64,000 nucleotides of DNA from Chrysomallon squamiferum. Lineage: Eukaryota; Animalia; Mollusca. The translations under genes were made by a program, and so were the position numbers. Shown here one piece after another: positions 1 to 26,785 of the stretch (positions within the stretch are counted from its first letter, which is position 1; every line of letters starts with the position of its first letter). The stretch spans positions 12,834,001-12,898,000 of the forward strand of contig CM022672.1 of NCBI GenBank assembly GCA_012295275.1, in the 5' to 3' direction. The notes under the pieces are model-generated. The model was not told the DNA's origin, made no database searches, and worked only from the letters and a program-made list of their open reading frames with translations.

Positions 1-30
1 TAACTGTGTATCACGTATATATAATTTTAG

Positions 31-2548
31 ACAGCTAGAAGGGATGCAAGAAGACAAAGCGTAAGAAAGCTGAAAGAAATCGAAGAAGAAGCATCTGGAA
101 TTGTTGGCTATTTGTTTCAAATCGCGAAGTTTAGCTTAACTGGAAAATTAGGTGAGAATTATGAGATCAGTGGGTCATTATAAAACTGTAATTTTAATAA
201 GAGCAGTAAGATCCAGTTGCATGCAGAGGAGAGGGATCGAAGAAGCGGTGGTCCCAGGCATCCAAATGGAGTTGACATCCAATCAGAGAATTTTTAAAAT
301 AAATTTGGTAGATTTATATGTAAATCGAATAAAGTGTTTAATTTATATTTCATCTGTGCTTTCATATTCAAAATATCTTCCTTTCTCATATTTCTCAGTG
401 TTTGGGCCTTATACTTGAGTGTTTGGGGCCTACAATAAAGGAGTTGGCCCCGGGCATCACCAGACCTCTGCACGCCACTGGTAAGACCTGTGGACGTTGT
501 TAAAGTCTGAACTTTACTGAGATGTGGTATGTGCAGGTTTCTATTAAAACTGCTGAAGCTTTAGAGAGGGTGGGGGAAATTCTGTAGATGATGCTAAAAT
601 TGGAACTTCGATAAGAACAGTGGTGTCTGTCTGTCGTTTCAAAATTGAAACTTTTTTGAGATTAGTGAGATCTGTAGCGGAGTATTGAGATCTGGTTGAT
701 CGTGTTAACACTGGGAATTTAGTAAGAATAGTTTGGTCTGTAAATCATGTTAAAATTGGAATTACGGTGAGAGTAGCGAGATTTGTGAATGATGTTAAAA
801 CTGAAACTTTTGTGAGATTAATAGATACGTAGCTGATATAAAAACTGGAAACTGAGTAAGAGTAGTAAGATCTGTAGTAGATGTTAAAACTGGAAATTGA
901 GTAAGAGTAGTGAGATCGGAAAAGGATGTTAAAACTGGAAACTGAATAAAAGTAGTGAGATCTGAAGAGGATGTTAAAACTGGAAATATAGAGTAAAAGT
1001 AGTGAGATCTGAAGAGGATGTTAAAACTGGAAATTGAGTAAGAGGAGTGAGATCTGTAGATCGTGTTAAAACTGCAGTTTTTTTTTTTTTTGAGATCTGT
1101 AGATGATGTTAAAACTGCAACTTTGGTAAGAATAGTGAGATTTGTATAAACTGGCCAGTTAATCCTAAATAAAGATGGTTTCTATAGAGTACGCTAAAAT
1201 GAATTTTAGGCAGAGCAGTGATATATCTAAATTATATTACAAAGAGAAATTATATCTATAAACAACGTCAAATTAATACCCATTAAAGCAATTTTTTCAT
1301 TCTTATGATTTGTGCATTCTGTTATTGGTATATTTAGTTTGCGGGTCATAACTCAATTTACTGTTAAAGATGGTAGAAGCGTCAGTTTAGTTACAATAAT
1401 ACACGAAACAAAGAAGAAATTACTTTAAAAGGCTGCCTCCGTTGATAGAGCATTATAAGTATGTATTTGTACTTGCAGGTTTAGCTCTAATAGGCATCCT
1501 AACGCTTATAACCGGCATGGCGTTCTCCAAGATTATAGTTGGTAAGACTGAAATCAAATAATCTTGTTTATGTAATTAGTTAACAGTTATTATATACTTG
1601 TCGTCCCTGTATATATTTACATACATATATACACACACACACACACACACTCTCTCTCTCACACACACACACTCATATATATATATATATATATATACAT
1701 ACATTCACAAACACACATAATATATATATAACACAGACATAACAACCATCGTCATGCACACACAAATATGTACACATACATACAAACGTACATATATACA
1801 TACATGCACATTTGCACATACACAAACACATATATTTTTAATTTCTTCTTCTTGTGACATTCAGGACTGTCTACTATACCTTGTATTTCAGGCTGGTTGT
1901 ACATTCACGACTGTCCTATTCAACCTCTGATTCCAGTTTGGCTCATTGTGGGAGCCATTGTGGATGTTCTCACTAACTTCATCTGTCAGCCTCGATATGA
2001 GAACGGATTACACTGCAGAATTCGTACTTACAGCATTATTATGTGGGTTGTTCTGGTTGTTTTTCAGTTTATCTGGCTTATTATGGGTAATTATTATTAT
2101 TTATTTATTTAATATATATTTTATTTTATTATTTTTTATTTTTATTTTTGTTTTATGTTTTTTCCTGTGTTGTGGGTATAGATTTTTTTCTTTCATTTAT
2201 TCGTCTGTTATTAATATGACCTGAATAAAAAGGAGTATTTGGATGTCTCTAACAGATTCTGTTGTCAAACCGACTTTCCATCGTTTAGCAGAATCAGGCA
2301 TTTTCCTACTAAGTTATGTCCTGACAGGTATACTGAAAGTCATGGTGTTGTCTTTGATTTTAAAAGAAATAAAATAGAATAGAATAAAATAAATAGTAGT
2401 AATAGTATGAGCAGCAGCAGCACTAGTAGTAGTAGTAGTAATAGTCGTAGTAGTAGTAGCAGTAATAATAATAATAGTAGTAGCAGTAATAATAATAATT
2501 AAATTCGACATAACATAAATCAATTTATAATTTTGTATGTGTGTTTGC

Positions 2549-2636
<88 letters not shown>

Positions 2637-2989
2637 TTATTTATTTATTTATTTATTTTATTTTAGGTGCAATCTTCATCTTGCAGTCGAACAGAGGAAT
2701 TATTACATGTAATGCCCTGTTAACGGCGAGGCATGCGTTGAACCAGACTTTAAATGTGACGAGTCAGATGACCAAGGATGCGACCGCGACATTGAATAAC
2801 ACATCGAATAACACTGAACACCTGAGGGGAAACCTCGAAGTCGGCACTTTAGTATGCCTCACATGCGATATGAATCTATATAATTTCGCTTTGGCCTGCT
2901 TTTCCATTGAAATGTTTTTCACTACTCTTGTTATTTTTGTCACGACTACCTGTTGTTGTTGTTACTGCTTCCTGAAAACCTATGTTTGA
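31..2989 (+). CDS. TMEM272: TMEM272-like multi-pass membrane protein, 5'-partial (upstream exon(s) outside the window)
   Basis: Phase-consistent exons 31-151, 1479-1541, 1892-2086 and 2667-2989, all GT-AG. Translation: TARRDARRQSVRKLKEIEEEASGIVGYLFQIAKFSLTGKLG/LALIGILTLITGMAFSKIIVG/WLYIHDCPIQPLIPVWLIVGAIV...FQFIWLIMG/AIFILQS...CDMNLYNFALACFSIEMFF...CCCCYCFLKTYV*. The G-x-x-Y-x-x-D-C-P...IPxWLIVG, WLIxG and C-D-x-x-L-Y-x-F-A motifs and the Cys-rich tail match the TMEM272 family as I recall it. Family-level call only. Confidence 0.8.
137..1260 (+). repeat. Degenerate ~45-bp minisatellite (consensus ~GATGTTAAAACTGGAAATTGAGTAAGAGTAGTGAGATCTGTAGTA) filling the TMEM272-like intron
   Basis: Best units at ~853-1050 have 45-nt spacing; 44-47-nt variants flank them. 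The first unit overlaps the exon end and donor at 137-170. Confidence 0.85.
214..480. mobile_element. hAT-type non-autonomous DNA transposon (MITE), 267 bp
   Basis: 16-bp TIRs CAGTTGCATGCAGAGG (214-229) and CCTCTGCACGCCACTG (465-480), 2 mismatches. 8-bp target-site duplication GTAAGATC (206-213) / GTAAGACC (481-488). An 8-bp TSD with CAG termini is typical of hAT elements. Confidence 0.8.
2550..2636. repeat. (TC)n-(TA)n microsatellite
   Basis: Directly visible. It produces the spurious SLSLSL N-terminus of ORF 2537-2989. Confidence 0.95.
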
Positions 2990-3202
2990 CCGCCAGCGTC
3001 TTTGCAGTCGATAAGTAACCCTACCCACAGCGAGAGCAGCCAATGTAAAAGTCAGAAAGAAAAAAGAAAAGGAAAGGAAAAACGAAAAATCACTAACACT
3101 AATACACCTTTTGGCTGACGACTTTGTTTTAGAAGATAAAAAAAAAAAAAAAAAAAAAGAAGAAGAAAACAATATAATGGTTTCAAAGGCTATTTATTTA
3201 TT

Positions 3203-3269
<67 letters not shown>

Positions 3270-4202
3270 CTAGTCAGAAAAATAGCGGACAATTAAAATA
3301 AATTGAAGTTTATACAGTAATTCTGTATCGTTAGTCCCTCAAAAGGGAATGAGTTCTTGGATAATTTATTAAGTTTATTTATTTGCTTGTTTCATGAATT
3401 ATGTTATGTAATTATTTGTAAGCCTCTGTTAAAATGTAACTTCATTTTCTTTTTATGAATTATTAAATAAAATTATAAATTTTTAATTAGTCTTGTTAAA
3501 CATTAATTTCTGCCTATCGATCGATCCACTGATCTATTTAGTTTTCAGGCGACTCCCTATCTAACAAACAAATTGACTTTGGATAGTAATACTAGCGTAG
3601 CCTATACAACAAATTACAACTGACGTTCTGATCACGTGGTAGATATTGCCCAGTCAATCAAGTAGTGCATCCGTGCTTGTAACTAAATATTTATTTATTT
3701 CTATTATTTATTTTGTTATTATTTATGCTGTGCAATTGTTTTTGTGTTATATATATATATATATATATATCCTGTATATATACTTTATCAGTTCTAAGTT
3801 TCTTTTTTTTAAGTTGCGTTACAATCATTATGCCCATAAAACATGGCAAATATATAGTCCAGTAATCTGCGTCAGTTATCTTATCTTTATTTCTTTTATC
3901 TTTGAAAGCAAAATAAAAGAATAAATAAATAAATAAATAAATAAAATTTTAAAAAATAATAAAAATATAAAATAAAAATGTTGGGTGATAACAACCGATA
4001 AAAATAATTTTAAAAAGATGATTTAAAAGGTAAATAGCCTTACGAAATACTTTATGTTCCAAGTTACTGTTTTGTTTCAGGCGACCTGTTCTGTCGTCGT
4101 TAGTAACAAAGTGTGACTTTCACATGTGTAGTCGTGACAGGGGTAAGATATTTACGTTCGCACCGAAATCACATTTTTGCGTTACGACTGTAAAAATTTC
4201 TT

Positions 4203-4235
<33 letters not shown>

Positions 4236-4874
4236 CTTGATTCTTTTTTTTTTTTTCTTTTTTTTTTTTTCTTTTTTGTTTTATTCAATTTTTTAAAATA
4301 GCTCTTGGGATGTCATTTTGTTTAAAACATGGGAAAAATTATAAAAAAAAAAATTATATAACTATAAAAAAAAATCCTTTAAAAATAGAGAAAAAATAAT
4401 AATAGAAATTAAAAATATACAAAAATAAAAACAAAATAACAAAATAAGAAGAATAAATAAATAAATAAAATAAAATCTTGATTAGCCGATTATATCAATG
4501 TAAATTTTACGTATTTTCAGTCAACCACTAAATCCATCTTCGTCTGCTCTTACTACACTATTTCCTGATCAGTCGAGTGATGCACTTGTATTTTATCAAA
4601 GGTCATTTTATGCTCTTTTCCGTTTATTAGAAGGGGAAAAAAGACTCCTTACTGCTAAACCTTTTCTTCATTTTTATTATTATTATTATTTTTTTTTTTT
4701 TTTTTCTATTACTATAATTAGTTATAAAAAAAAAAAAAAAAAATTAATATGAAACAACATCATTATATTAATAGATAAAAAAAACACAAAACAACAACAA
4801 CAGAATGTTATTTTGAAAATTACAGTTGTTTTAAATTGTATTTTGAATGAGTATTTTTGGTTTTGATATGATGT

Positions 4875-18995
<14,121 letters not shown>

Positions 18996-19070
18996 TGTGC
19001 TTGGATAACCATAACAGTTATAAACAAATGTATGCGAGGAATTAAAATGACGACAGTGCGCGATAAAAAA

Positions 19071-19078
19071 TGACGTCA
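19071..19078. promoter_or_regulatory. Palindromic CRE (TGACGTCA) in the SLC44 promoter / SLC44-RPS5 divergent intergenic region
   Basis: Exact motif about 75 nt upstream of the first SLC44 ATG, in a local CpG-rich patch. Confidence 0.5.
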
Positions 19079-19695
19079 CTATCTCCCTCTCTTACTTTAG
19101 TTGTATAGGTCTAATGGTCGGCGCTTCCTGAAAAATTAAACAAGATTAAACAACTATTAAATGTTTTTATTCAGAAACAAAGAACGCAGCTTCTACAGTG
19201 ATGTAAAATTTGAATTGTATCAAATTAAGATTATTTCTACAAAATTTGTTTAATCTCTATAATGTCAACCGAAACGAGAACGCGGCATCCAGTATTTAAA
19301 GAGACGTGTACAACCCACCCACAGTATTATAATATCCCAAACATTGGTCACATTTGCATATTGCTTTTTTGGTTATGTAGGATCAAGACTCGGTGAAAAT
19401 GCAATACCTGTTTATTTTATTTATTTTCCTTCTTCTTCTTCTTTTAAATAAAAATTACATTATTATTAACAATTATTGTAATTTTGGTTTTTCTTTCTTT
19501 ATAATGTAAAGCAGTAGATGTGGATGACCAGAGATAATAAATAAATAATTAAATAAATAAATAGAAAAATAATCTCCAGAATGTTACTCGTAATGTGTGT
19601 GCGTGTGTGTGTGTGTGTGTGATTCATGGAAACAGTTATGAAAACTCCTGGTGAAGAATATATTGTAAAATATATTTATATGTGTGTGTGTGTGC

Positions 19696-19736
<41 letters not shown>

Positions 19737-20075
19737 TTAATATGTCTTAATTGCAATGAAATCTCAGTAGATCTAACAAAAATAATATCGACTGATGCCG
19801 GTATTCTTTGAATTGCACTTAAGGTATCTCATTACCATTTTATAATCAAATACGTTTGATTGTTTGTTGTTGTTTTGTATTTAAATAAATTTGAAGATGT
19901 TATAGCCTTAAAAACTACAGAAATGATTTTATAATTTATTTATTTATATTTGGTTATTGATTTTGACTTTTCAAAAATAAAAAATATATTTCGGATGTTC
20001 CATTACAGTAACTTGCTTGCAAAGGTAATTCGCTCGAATGCAACTCGAGTCCTACAACCTCGTGTTCCTGTTTGG

Positions 20076-20100
20076 CCTCTTTTTCAATTTTCCCCGAAAG
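20076..20100 (+). promoter_or_regulatory. RPS5: TCT initiator / 5'TOP non-coding first exon of RPS5
   Basis: CC(+1)TCTTTTTC pyrimidine tract followed by the donor AAG|GTGCGG at 20101, the standard ribosomal-protein gene layout. A YY1-like AATATGGCTGCC lies in intron 1 at 20289-20300. Confidence 0.75.
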
Positions 20101-20996
20101 GTGCGGATGTGTTTTTCGATTTCTTTCCCAATATATTTGTAATTTCCCCTGTTAATGACATAAATTAAAAACAAGACTTTATTTATCATCTTCTGCCATT
20201 AGCACAACAATATTTTGAACATAATTTTTTGATTATATGAATAAATTATGCGCTTGTGAGTAATGTTAAGCGTTTAGAAAAGTAAAACAATATGGCTGCC
20301 TCCATGGTGGCATGCCATGCTAGCAAATAAAGATAAACGTGATTATTGCTTACAGTTGTTATTGTTAATATTACGATATTTAATCAGGTTCAGCTTTACC
20401 ATACTTAATAACATAAACATTATTTGTAAGAATACTGAACAACGTCTTATTTATCAGACACGTTAAGTTGTTTAACTTCAAGCTCGACAATGAGCAAACT
20501 GATATTTGGCATTAATTTGTAAAAGTTAATATTTGGTAATTGGTGTTAATGGATAGCTTCATATGTACACAAATATGTCTCATTACTGTATAACCTACTT
20601 GTGATATTTTTACCATATTTATGATTAAAAAGGATTTAAAAATCACGATACATTTGTGTAACATTATTATTAAATTGATAGTGATTATGTTGTATAATTT
20701 AACACAGCTTGCTTGATAAACAACTAATACTGTAATAGTAGTAGTACTCATTCATTAGAAATATTGTTGAAAGAAAGTAATTACTTAATTCTAATGCCTC
20801 CCATTACAAACAATATCTAGAGAGGTATAAATAAAAATATTAAAACTGGACTTGCAATTATTAATTTATTAGAATTTTACTAGGGAACTGAATAAGCTTT
20901 ACTCCACTAATAAACTGCAATTTAAAAGATTTAATTGAACACATATCAGTTGATTAGTAACATCTAAATGTTAATGTTTCTTTTTTTCCAGCCAAC

Positions 20997-22465
20997 ATGG
21001 CTGAGAACTGGGATGAATCTGGACCGGTGGTGGCTGAAATACCAGAAATAAAATTGTTTGCAAAATGGTCATCGGATGATGTTCAAGTCAGCGATATCAG
21101 TTTAACTGTAAGGATGTTATGTAATAAGCATTAACCTTTTGAAAAGAAAAATCTGTACAGTAGTAATGTCTGCTTTTATTTATAGATAAACACAGACAAT
21201 CATGTGCACACAAAGACATATCTGTGCCCGCTTTATTTTAATGTCTATTTCTGCTTTCAGGATTATATAGCTGTTAAGGAGAAGTATGCCAAGTATCTGC
21301 CTCATTCTGCTGGTCGATACCAGATGAAAAGATTCAGGAAGGCTCAGTGCCCTATTGTTGAGCGATTGGTCTGTTCCCTTATGATGCATGGACGCAACAA
21401 TGGAAAGAAGCTTTTGACAATGAGAATTGTTAAGCATGCATTTGATATCATTCATTTGCTTACAGGAGAGGTAGGTGTTGTTAATTACCAACCCAAATTT
21501 ATTTAATTCATTGATTAACAAATGAATTGTACAATTAGTAAGCTTTTAAATAAAGAAATGTTGTGTTAAATAACACTTTATTAATGGTTTTGACTGTCTT
21601 TATGCGTACTATACTATACTGTTATTGTTAATGTTTAAATTCATAAAATTTGAACAAAAAAAATGTTAAGTAATAGGTGAAAGGTATTCTTTCAATATTT
21701 GAGATGTATAAACCGAAACAGTTTTGCTTTTATTTTCATTTTCAGAAAAATATTTTCTCAAACGTTAATACAGCAATAGATACGCATTTTTCAGATGCTA
21801 GTTATGTTCTTTTCTGTTTGCAGAACCCACTACAGGTACTCGTCAATGCCATCATCAACAGTGGTCCTAGGGAAGACTCAACACGTATTGGACGAGCTGG
21901 TACTGTAAGACGACAGGCTGTTGACGTGTCTCCTCTCCGACGTGTGAACCAGGCAATCTGGTTACTGTGCACTGGAGCCAGAGAGGCATCATTCAGAAAC
22001 ATCAAGACCATCGCAGAGTGTCTGGCTGATGAACTCATCAATGCAGCAAAGGTATGTTGCACAAACTTCAGCGTAATTTAAAAATGAATCTTGAAAACAG
22101 TTTTTCTTGTTAGTATTGAAAGTTTAAATTTTATGGTTCGGAGATGGTTCTTTGTTTATTAATGACAATTTTTATCAGTTTATCAAGGTTTTTAGTCATG
22201 CATGTTGACTGCAACTCCCTCTTAAAGATTGTTACTATTTTCATTTTAATTATTAAAATATTAATCATTTTTTTAAAATTTAAATGGCTTTAAATTGTTT
22301 TTTTAAAAATGGGGTGAAAAAAGAATATATTCTTGCCTGCTTGATAATAATAACATTTTTGTGCTTACACAGATAATAATTTTTCTTGTTTTTCAGGGTT
22401 CCTCCAACTCTCATGCTATTAAGAAGAAAGATGAACTGGAACGTGTTGCCAAGTCTAACAGATAA
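20997..22465 (+). CDS. RPS5: 40S ribosomal protein S5 (uS7), 205 aa
   Basis: Exons 20997-21107, 21261-21470, 21824-22051, 22397-22465 (618 nt). [25 protein letters not shown]...[14 protein letters not shown]...[35 protein letters not shown]...[20 protein letters not shown] at ~22510. Confidence 0.98.
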
Positions 22466-23610
22466 ACAGTTAATGTGAAGGGACGTTTTCAGTGGATCAG
22501 CTTGACAATAATAAAAAAAATAAACTTGTAATTAAATTTGTGGGCTTTTTCTTTAGTTTCAACAAAACATGAGCATTCTTTTATGGCTTACAACATTCAA
22601 AGATGCATTGTAATTCAAAGATAAATATTTCTTCTGTAGAGTAAGGTTGTTCTTAAGATTAAAATTATATTTTTTTTAAAATACAACTATAGCCATTTCT
22701 AATATGTACTGAAGTATGTTGTTGAGAATCGCAGGATATTGAAATTATTGAAAATAGCCAGTTTGTTGCAAGATTGGAAATGTATTTAACATTTTAATGT
22801 TGAAATTGGCCTGTAAAAGAACTGTAGTATATTTTACTGGGCTTGTTTACAGTTGTTCCACCTGTGTCTTAAGCTACATACTTAAAGGCCAGAACCATTG
22901 ATGTTTGTATGCCCAATAGATAATAAGAAGAAGAAAGTGAAGTTGGAGACAAAGTATGTTGAAGTCCAAGGTGGAAAATTGCTAATCTTTTAGCACAGTT
23001 GCAACTAGTTGCATGTTTTTTTGTTTTTCCTCTCCAATCTTGTTTCTATGCAATACTGACTCATCCAATCCTAATTATAATAGCTTGTCCATTTATTTAA
23101 CATGTTTTGGAAGATATTTAATGGTTGTTGGTACTGGGGGAAAATGACAAAGGTAAACAAATGGGTGCATGTTCCCATTGGGATTATGAATTGCAACTGA
23201 AAAGGAACAGTAGTTAAAATATATTAATTTTTAGAAATTTTATAAGTTGGTGAAATGCTTTAGCAGACCTAATGATCAAAGCAGAAACAAAATATTAAGG
23301 GACAGTTTTACTTAAACAACAAACACAGAAATAAAATGGATAAATGTACATTTATTGAAATTGCACGTGAAATAATTATTTAGCATAAATATACAGAGGA
23401 TCCAACCATGTCTTTGAGTAATTGCTGGAAATTTTTAAATTTTAAGAAAAATGAAAAATATAGGTCTAATGTTGACTAACATTCATTTCATTTTAAAAGA
23501 AATCCAGGTATCCTGATCTTATTTTTCTAAATGGCAGTATTGTAGGACTAAAATGAAAAACATCTGTCTGGTTTATCATCCAGATGCAGTGAATCGATCA
23601 ATTTTCTATT

Positions 23611-24849
23611 TTACTTGGTAAGCTGTGAGGGAGGGGAGAAGAATCCACCACCTTGTTTACTAGCTGCTCTTGATGGGGCCAGCCCCAACAGTTTCTGGAT
23701 GTTCTATGAAAAGAAAGAAAAGGTATCAGAAGAAATACAATTTTATGAATTAATACTAGGTTTGCAGCAATGCAAAAGCAGAGCATTAATGACAAAAATG
23801 TTTAATATTTAATATTTGTATTGATGTAATTATTAATAAGAAGAAACCTAACTGGATGAAATCAATCAACAAATATTGAAGAAGGAAACATTTAGACCAA
23901 TAATCAATTTCTAATGAACTGTTTTGCATTTATTTCATCTCCAATACATCTAGGACTCGGGCAATTTATAAAACCTGTCAAAATATGTCATTATTTACAG
24001 GCTGGTAACAAAGATTTTAAAAATTGATTCAATAAGTAAGTACGGTTACTACAAACCTGTCTGATGGACATTGTACACAGAATGTATAAAAATATAAAAG
24101 AACAATCTCCATAATCCTCTCCTGGGAGATTCCGATGAGAAATTCCTTGTAAGAGAGAGATAGGAATAAATGGGAGTCGAGCTACAACCCTGCCATCGAA
24201 TCTGAAGAGAAAAAAATGAAACATTTTATAAAATTTTGTTTGTTAACTTTTTAATCTATGTTTAAATAATTTAAATTCCATTCAAAGAATAAATGCTGAG
24301 AAAATGACTCCAGTTTATTCTTCTAATAAGTGAGTGAAAAAAACACCAAACAATATTTTAATACACTGTATTACACTGACAGTCATAACTGTATTAACGT
24401 GATAAAATAATTTCAGTACTTACATTGAATTAAACATGCTGAGAAGAGCTGTAAAGGCAAAGCCAATGGCAAACATGGACTTCATTTTTACCTAAAAATA
24501 GAAATTTGTTTAATAATTTTTTAATCCAAACACAAAATTATGTTGTAAAAGATCTGTGTTTGCAACTGATTCACAATTATTCAAATAAAGATTGCAGGTT
24601 TTATAACAAGTGAATTTAGACCATATGGTGTGCATCATATTGCAAGTTCTAGCTGAGAAAGGATTAAGCACAAATTGCATCTGTCAATCCTAGATAGGGT
24701 TAAAAATTGCATCAAGTTGGTGTTTCAGTAAGTGAAAAATACTGTATTTAATTGCAATAGTACAGCTACCAGTTATACGTTACACAAAACAGATTAAAGA
24801 TAAAACATCACAATTCAATCATTTAAAAAATAATAACAACAATATACAT

Positions 24850-24906
<57 letters not shown>

Positions 24907-25813
24907 ATTTCTTACCAGAGATAAATCTCTGTTGTTACTTTTCAATTTTTCTTCTTGTCTTTCTGAAAATTAAAGATTAAATGTATTAATTACAGAATTT
25001 ATTTCTATTTGTAGTAATGTTAACAGCTGATTACTTGACTGTATTTCACTGAATTTATCTTTATTTTTTATACTGAAAACTATGAGCAAGATAATTAAAA
25101 TTACTTTCAATTAAACTAATGTGATTTAAAATTGATTCTGGCAACATAATAAAGTAATGATAGTTAAATAATAACTTAAATGTGGAGATTGAAAACTAAA
25201 TACAGACATGCTTTCAAAGGCTGTTAAAATATCAAATCATTGTACCCAATTTTTTTTTCTGTCCTCTATCAGATGTTTCACTTTCTCTCTGTTTTTCCAC
25301 TGTAAATAAAGAATATTACTTGTTCATTTATTAAAATAGAATATTTATTTTAAAATTAAATTTGTAAAAAAATAGAATAGTTTTTTCTTGTATTAACATA
25401 TATTTACTGTTATATGGTAAATATTCAGGTAATATATTTATAGCTTTAAACTGAGAGTTATGTTTTGTGAATTATTTCGTTAATTAGATAATTATTATTA
25501 GAAAATGTTTAATAATATCCATTTTAATAAATATCATTAATATTAATATTGTTTCTTCTTTCCACACATTCTCAGTCACAAATGACATATATTTATGGTG
25601 ATTATGTGAAGCTCTTTTTCTAATTTATAAACACCCACATTTTTTGCTCTGCTTTTCCACTTCTGCCTTTAACTTCTTGTATGTTTCTGTTCGGTATACT
25701 AAAAGCCATGTCAAACCTATAATATAGAAGCCAATTTTAAATTTGATTTTTTTATAAATAAATAAATTCTTGACATGTTTTTGTATATTATTAATTAATT
25801 ATTATTATTATTA

Positions 25814-25871
<58 letters not shown>

Positions 25872-26188
25872 GAGAACAAAAATTGATAATAAAAAATATT
25901 ATATATCTGCAATACATATCACACGTTTCCCAAACTAAGCTTTCATTTAAACTATCAATATGATCAATATCATGAACTGAAAATGATTAATAATAAAAAT
26001 AATAGACTATCAATATCATGATGTGATGACTGATGTTTTATAATTATGCTGTTAATTTGTAAGTTACTGATTTTTAAATTTATTATTTTTAAATAATACA
26101 ATGACGACGAATAAGCCTGTGTTATACCTTCTCCGAGTAACGCTGTACATATTGATATTACTACAATTAAAACACAATCTGCAAGCAT
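23611..26188 (-). CDS. TMCO1: TMCO1 (Oxa1-superfamily ER membrane protein, GEL complex subunit), 181 aa
   Basis: Exons 26188-26128, 25716-25639, 25299-25246, 24962-24916, 24491-24424, 24201-24057, 23703-23611 (546 nt). MLADCVLIVVISICTALLGEGLTWLLVYRTETYKKLKAEVEKQSKKLE...NNRDLSLVKMKSMFAIGF...FDGRVVARLPFIP...SHRNLPGEDYGDCSFIFLYILCTMSIRQNIQKLLGLAPSRAASKQ. Confidence 0.97.
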
Positions 26189-26189
26189 T

Positions 26190-26510
26190 TTTCGTTTTTC
26201 CTGAGGTAAAAACAAGACAGGAACCGGAAATAGTAAATTTAATAGTACCGCATTGAATAAACTAACATTGTTGTTATAAAATTGTGAGTAGATTCCTACT
26301 CGCACCACTTGATTTGTAAGGTGTTTTGTCATGTTGTTTGTTCCGGAAGGGAAACGAAAATTGCATTTCTTCACAGATAATGACCGATAATCCGCTGGAT
26401 AACTAATTAATAAACCTGATTCAATAATCAGGCGAAATTATTGTTCATTTTTCAAATTTAATAAATTACTAACAATTACTAATCTTTTTTCTTTGAATGA
26501 TTGGAAGTTG
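26190..26510. promoter_or_regulatory. Probable bidirectional promoter shared by TMCO1 and the FERM gene
   Basis: The two start codons are only ~600 nt apart, head to head. ETS/GABP-type CCGGAA at 26224 and TTCCGGAA at 26341, with local CpG enrichment. A probable non-coding + exon ends at 26510 (G|GTACGT) with an acceptor at 26702. Confidence 0.6.
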
Positions 26511-26785
26511 GTACGTTATATTGAAATTGCGGTTTATTTTTTGTAAGTAACCGAATTACGATAATTCTACAGGCCTAATCAGTAGTAGCCTGTTAAGAGT
26601 ATTCGCGTGACCGCTTTCGGTCGATCTGTTTTTTTAAGAGGCGTTAGTAAATTAAGTGCGATTTATTTTGTTAGACCTATTTCAACTAACTTTTTTTTTT
26701 AGCCATCTTGATTAATATCACAGTGAACATATTTAATAAACTTTTAATGGAGTCAAATATAATTTACTGACAATCCGAATTAGAC

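Noticed and set aside
480-1150. The minus strand of the 45-bp repeat reads like a mucin (DLTTLTQFPVLTSST)
   Set aside because: Units of 44 and 47 nt and a poly-T run break the frame repeatedly, no splice context is evident, and it lies within an intron of a + strand gene.
137-1260. Regularly spaced repeats as a CRISPR-like array (also 10180-10540)
   Set aside because: The units are contiguous and diverge along their whole length. There are no unique spacers and no cas genes, and the context is a eukaryotic intron.
20101-22396. Intronic snoRNAs in RPS5 (weak hairpin plus ACA at ~21675-21722; GTGATTA...CTGA at ~20339-20438)
   Set aside because: The boxes are imperfect and I could not identify rRNA guide complementarity by eye. 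snoscan, snoGPS or Infernal would be needed.
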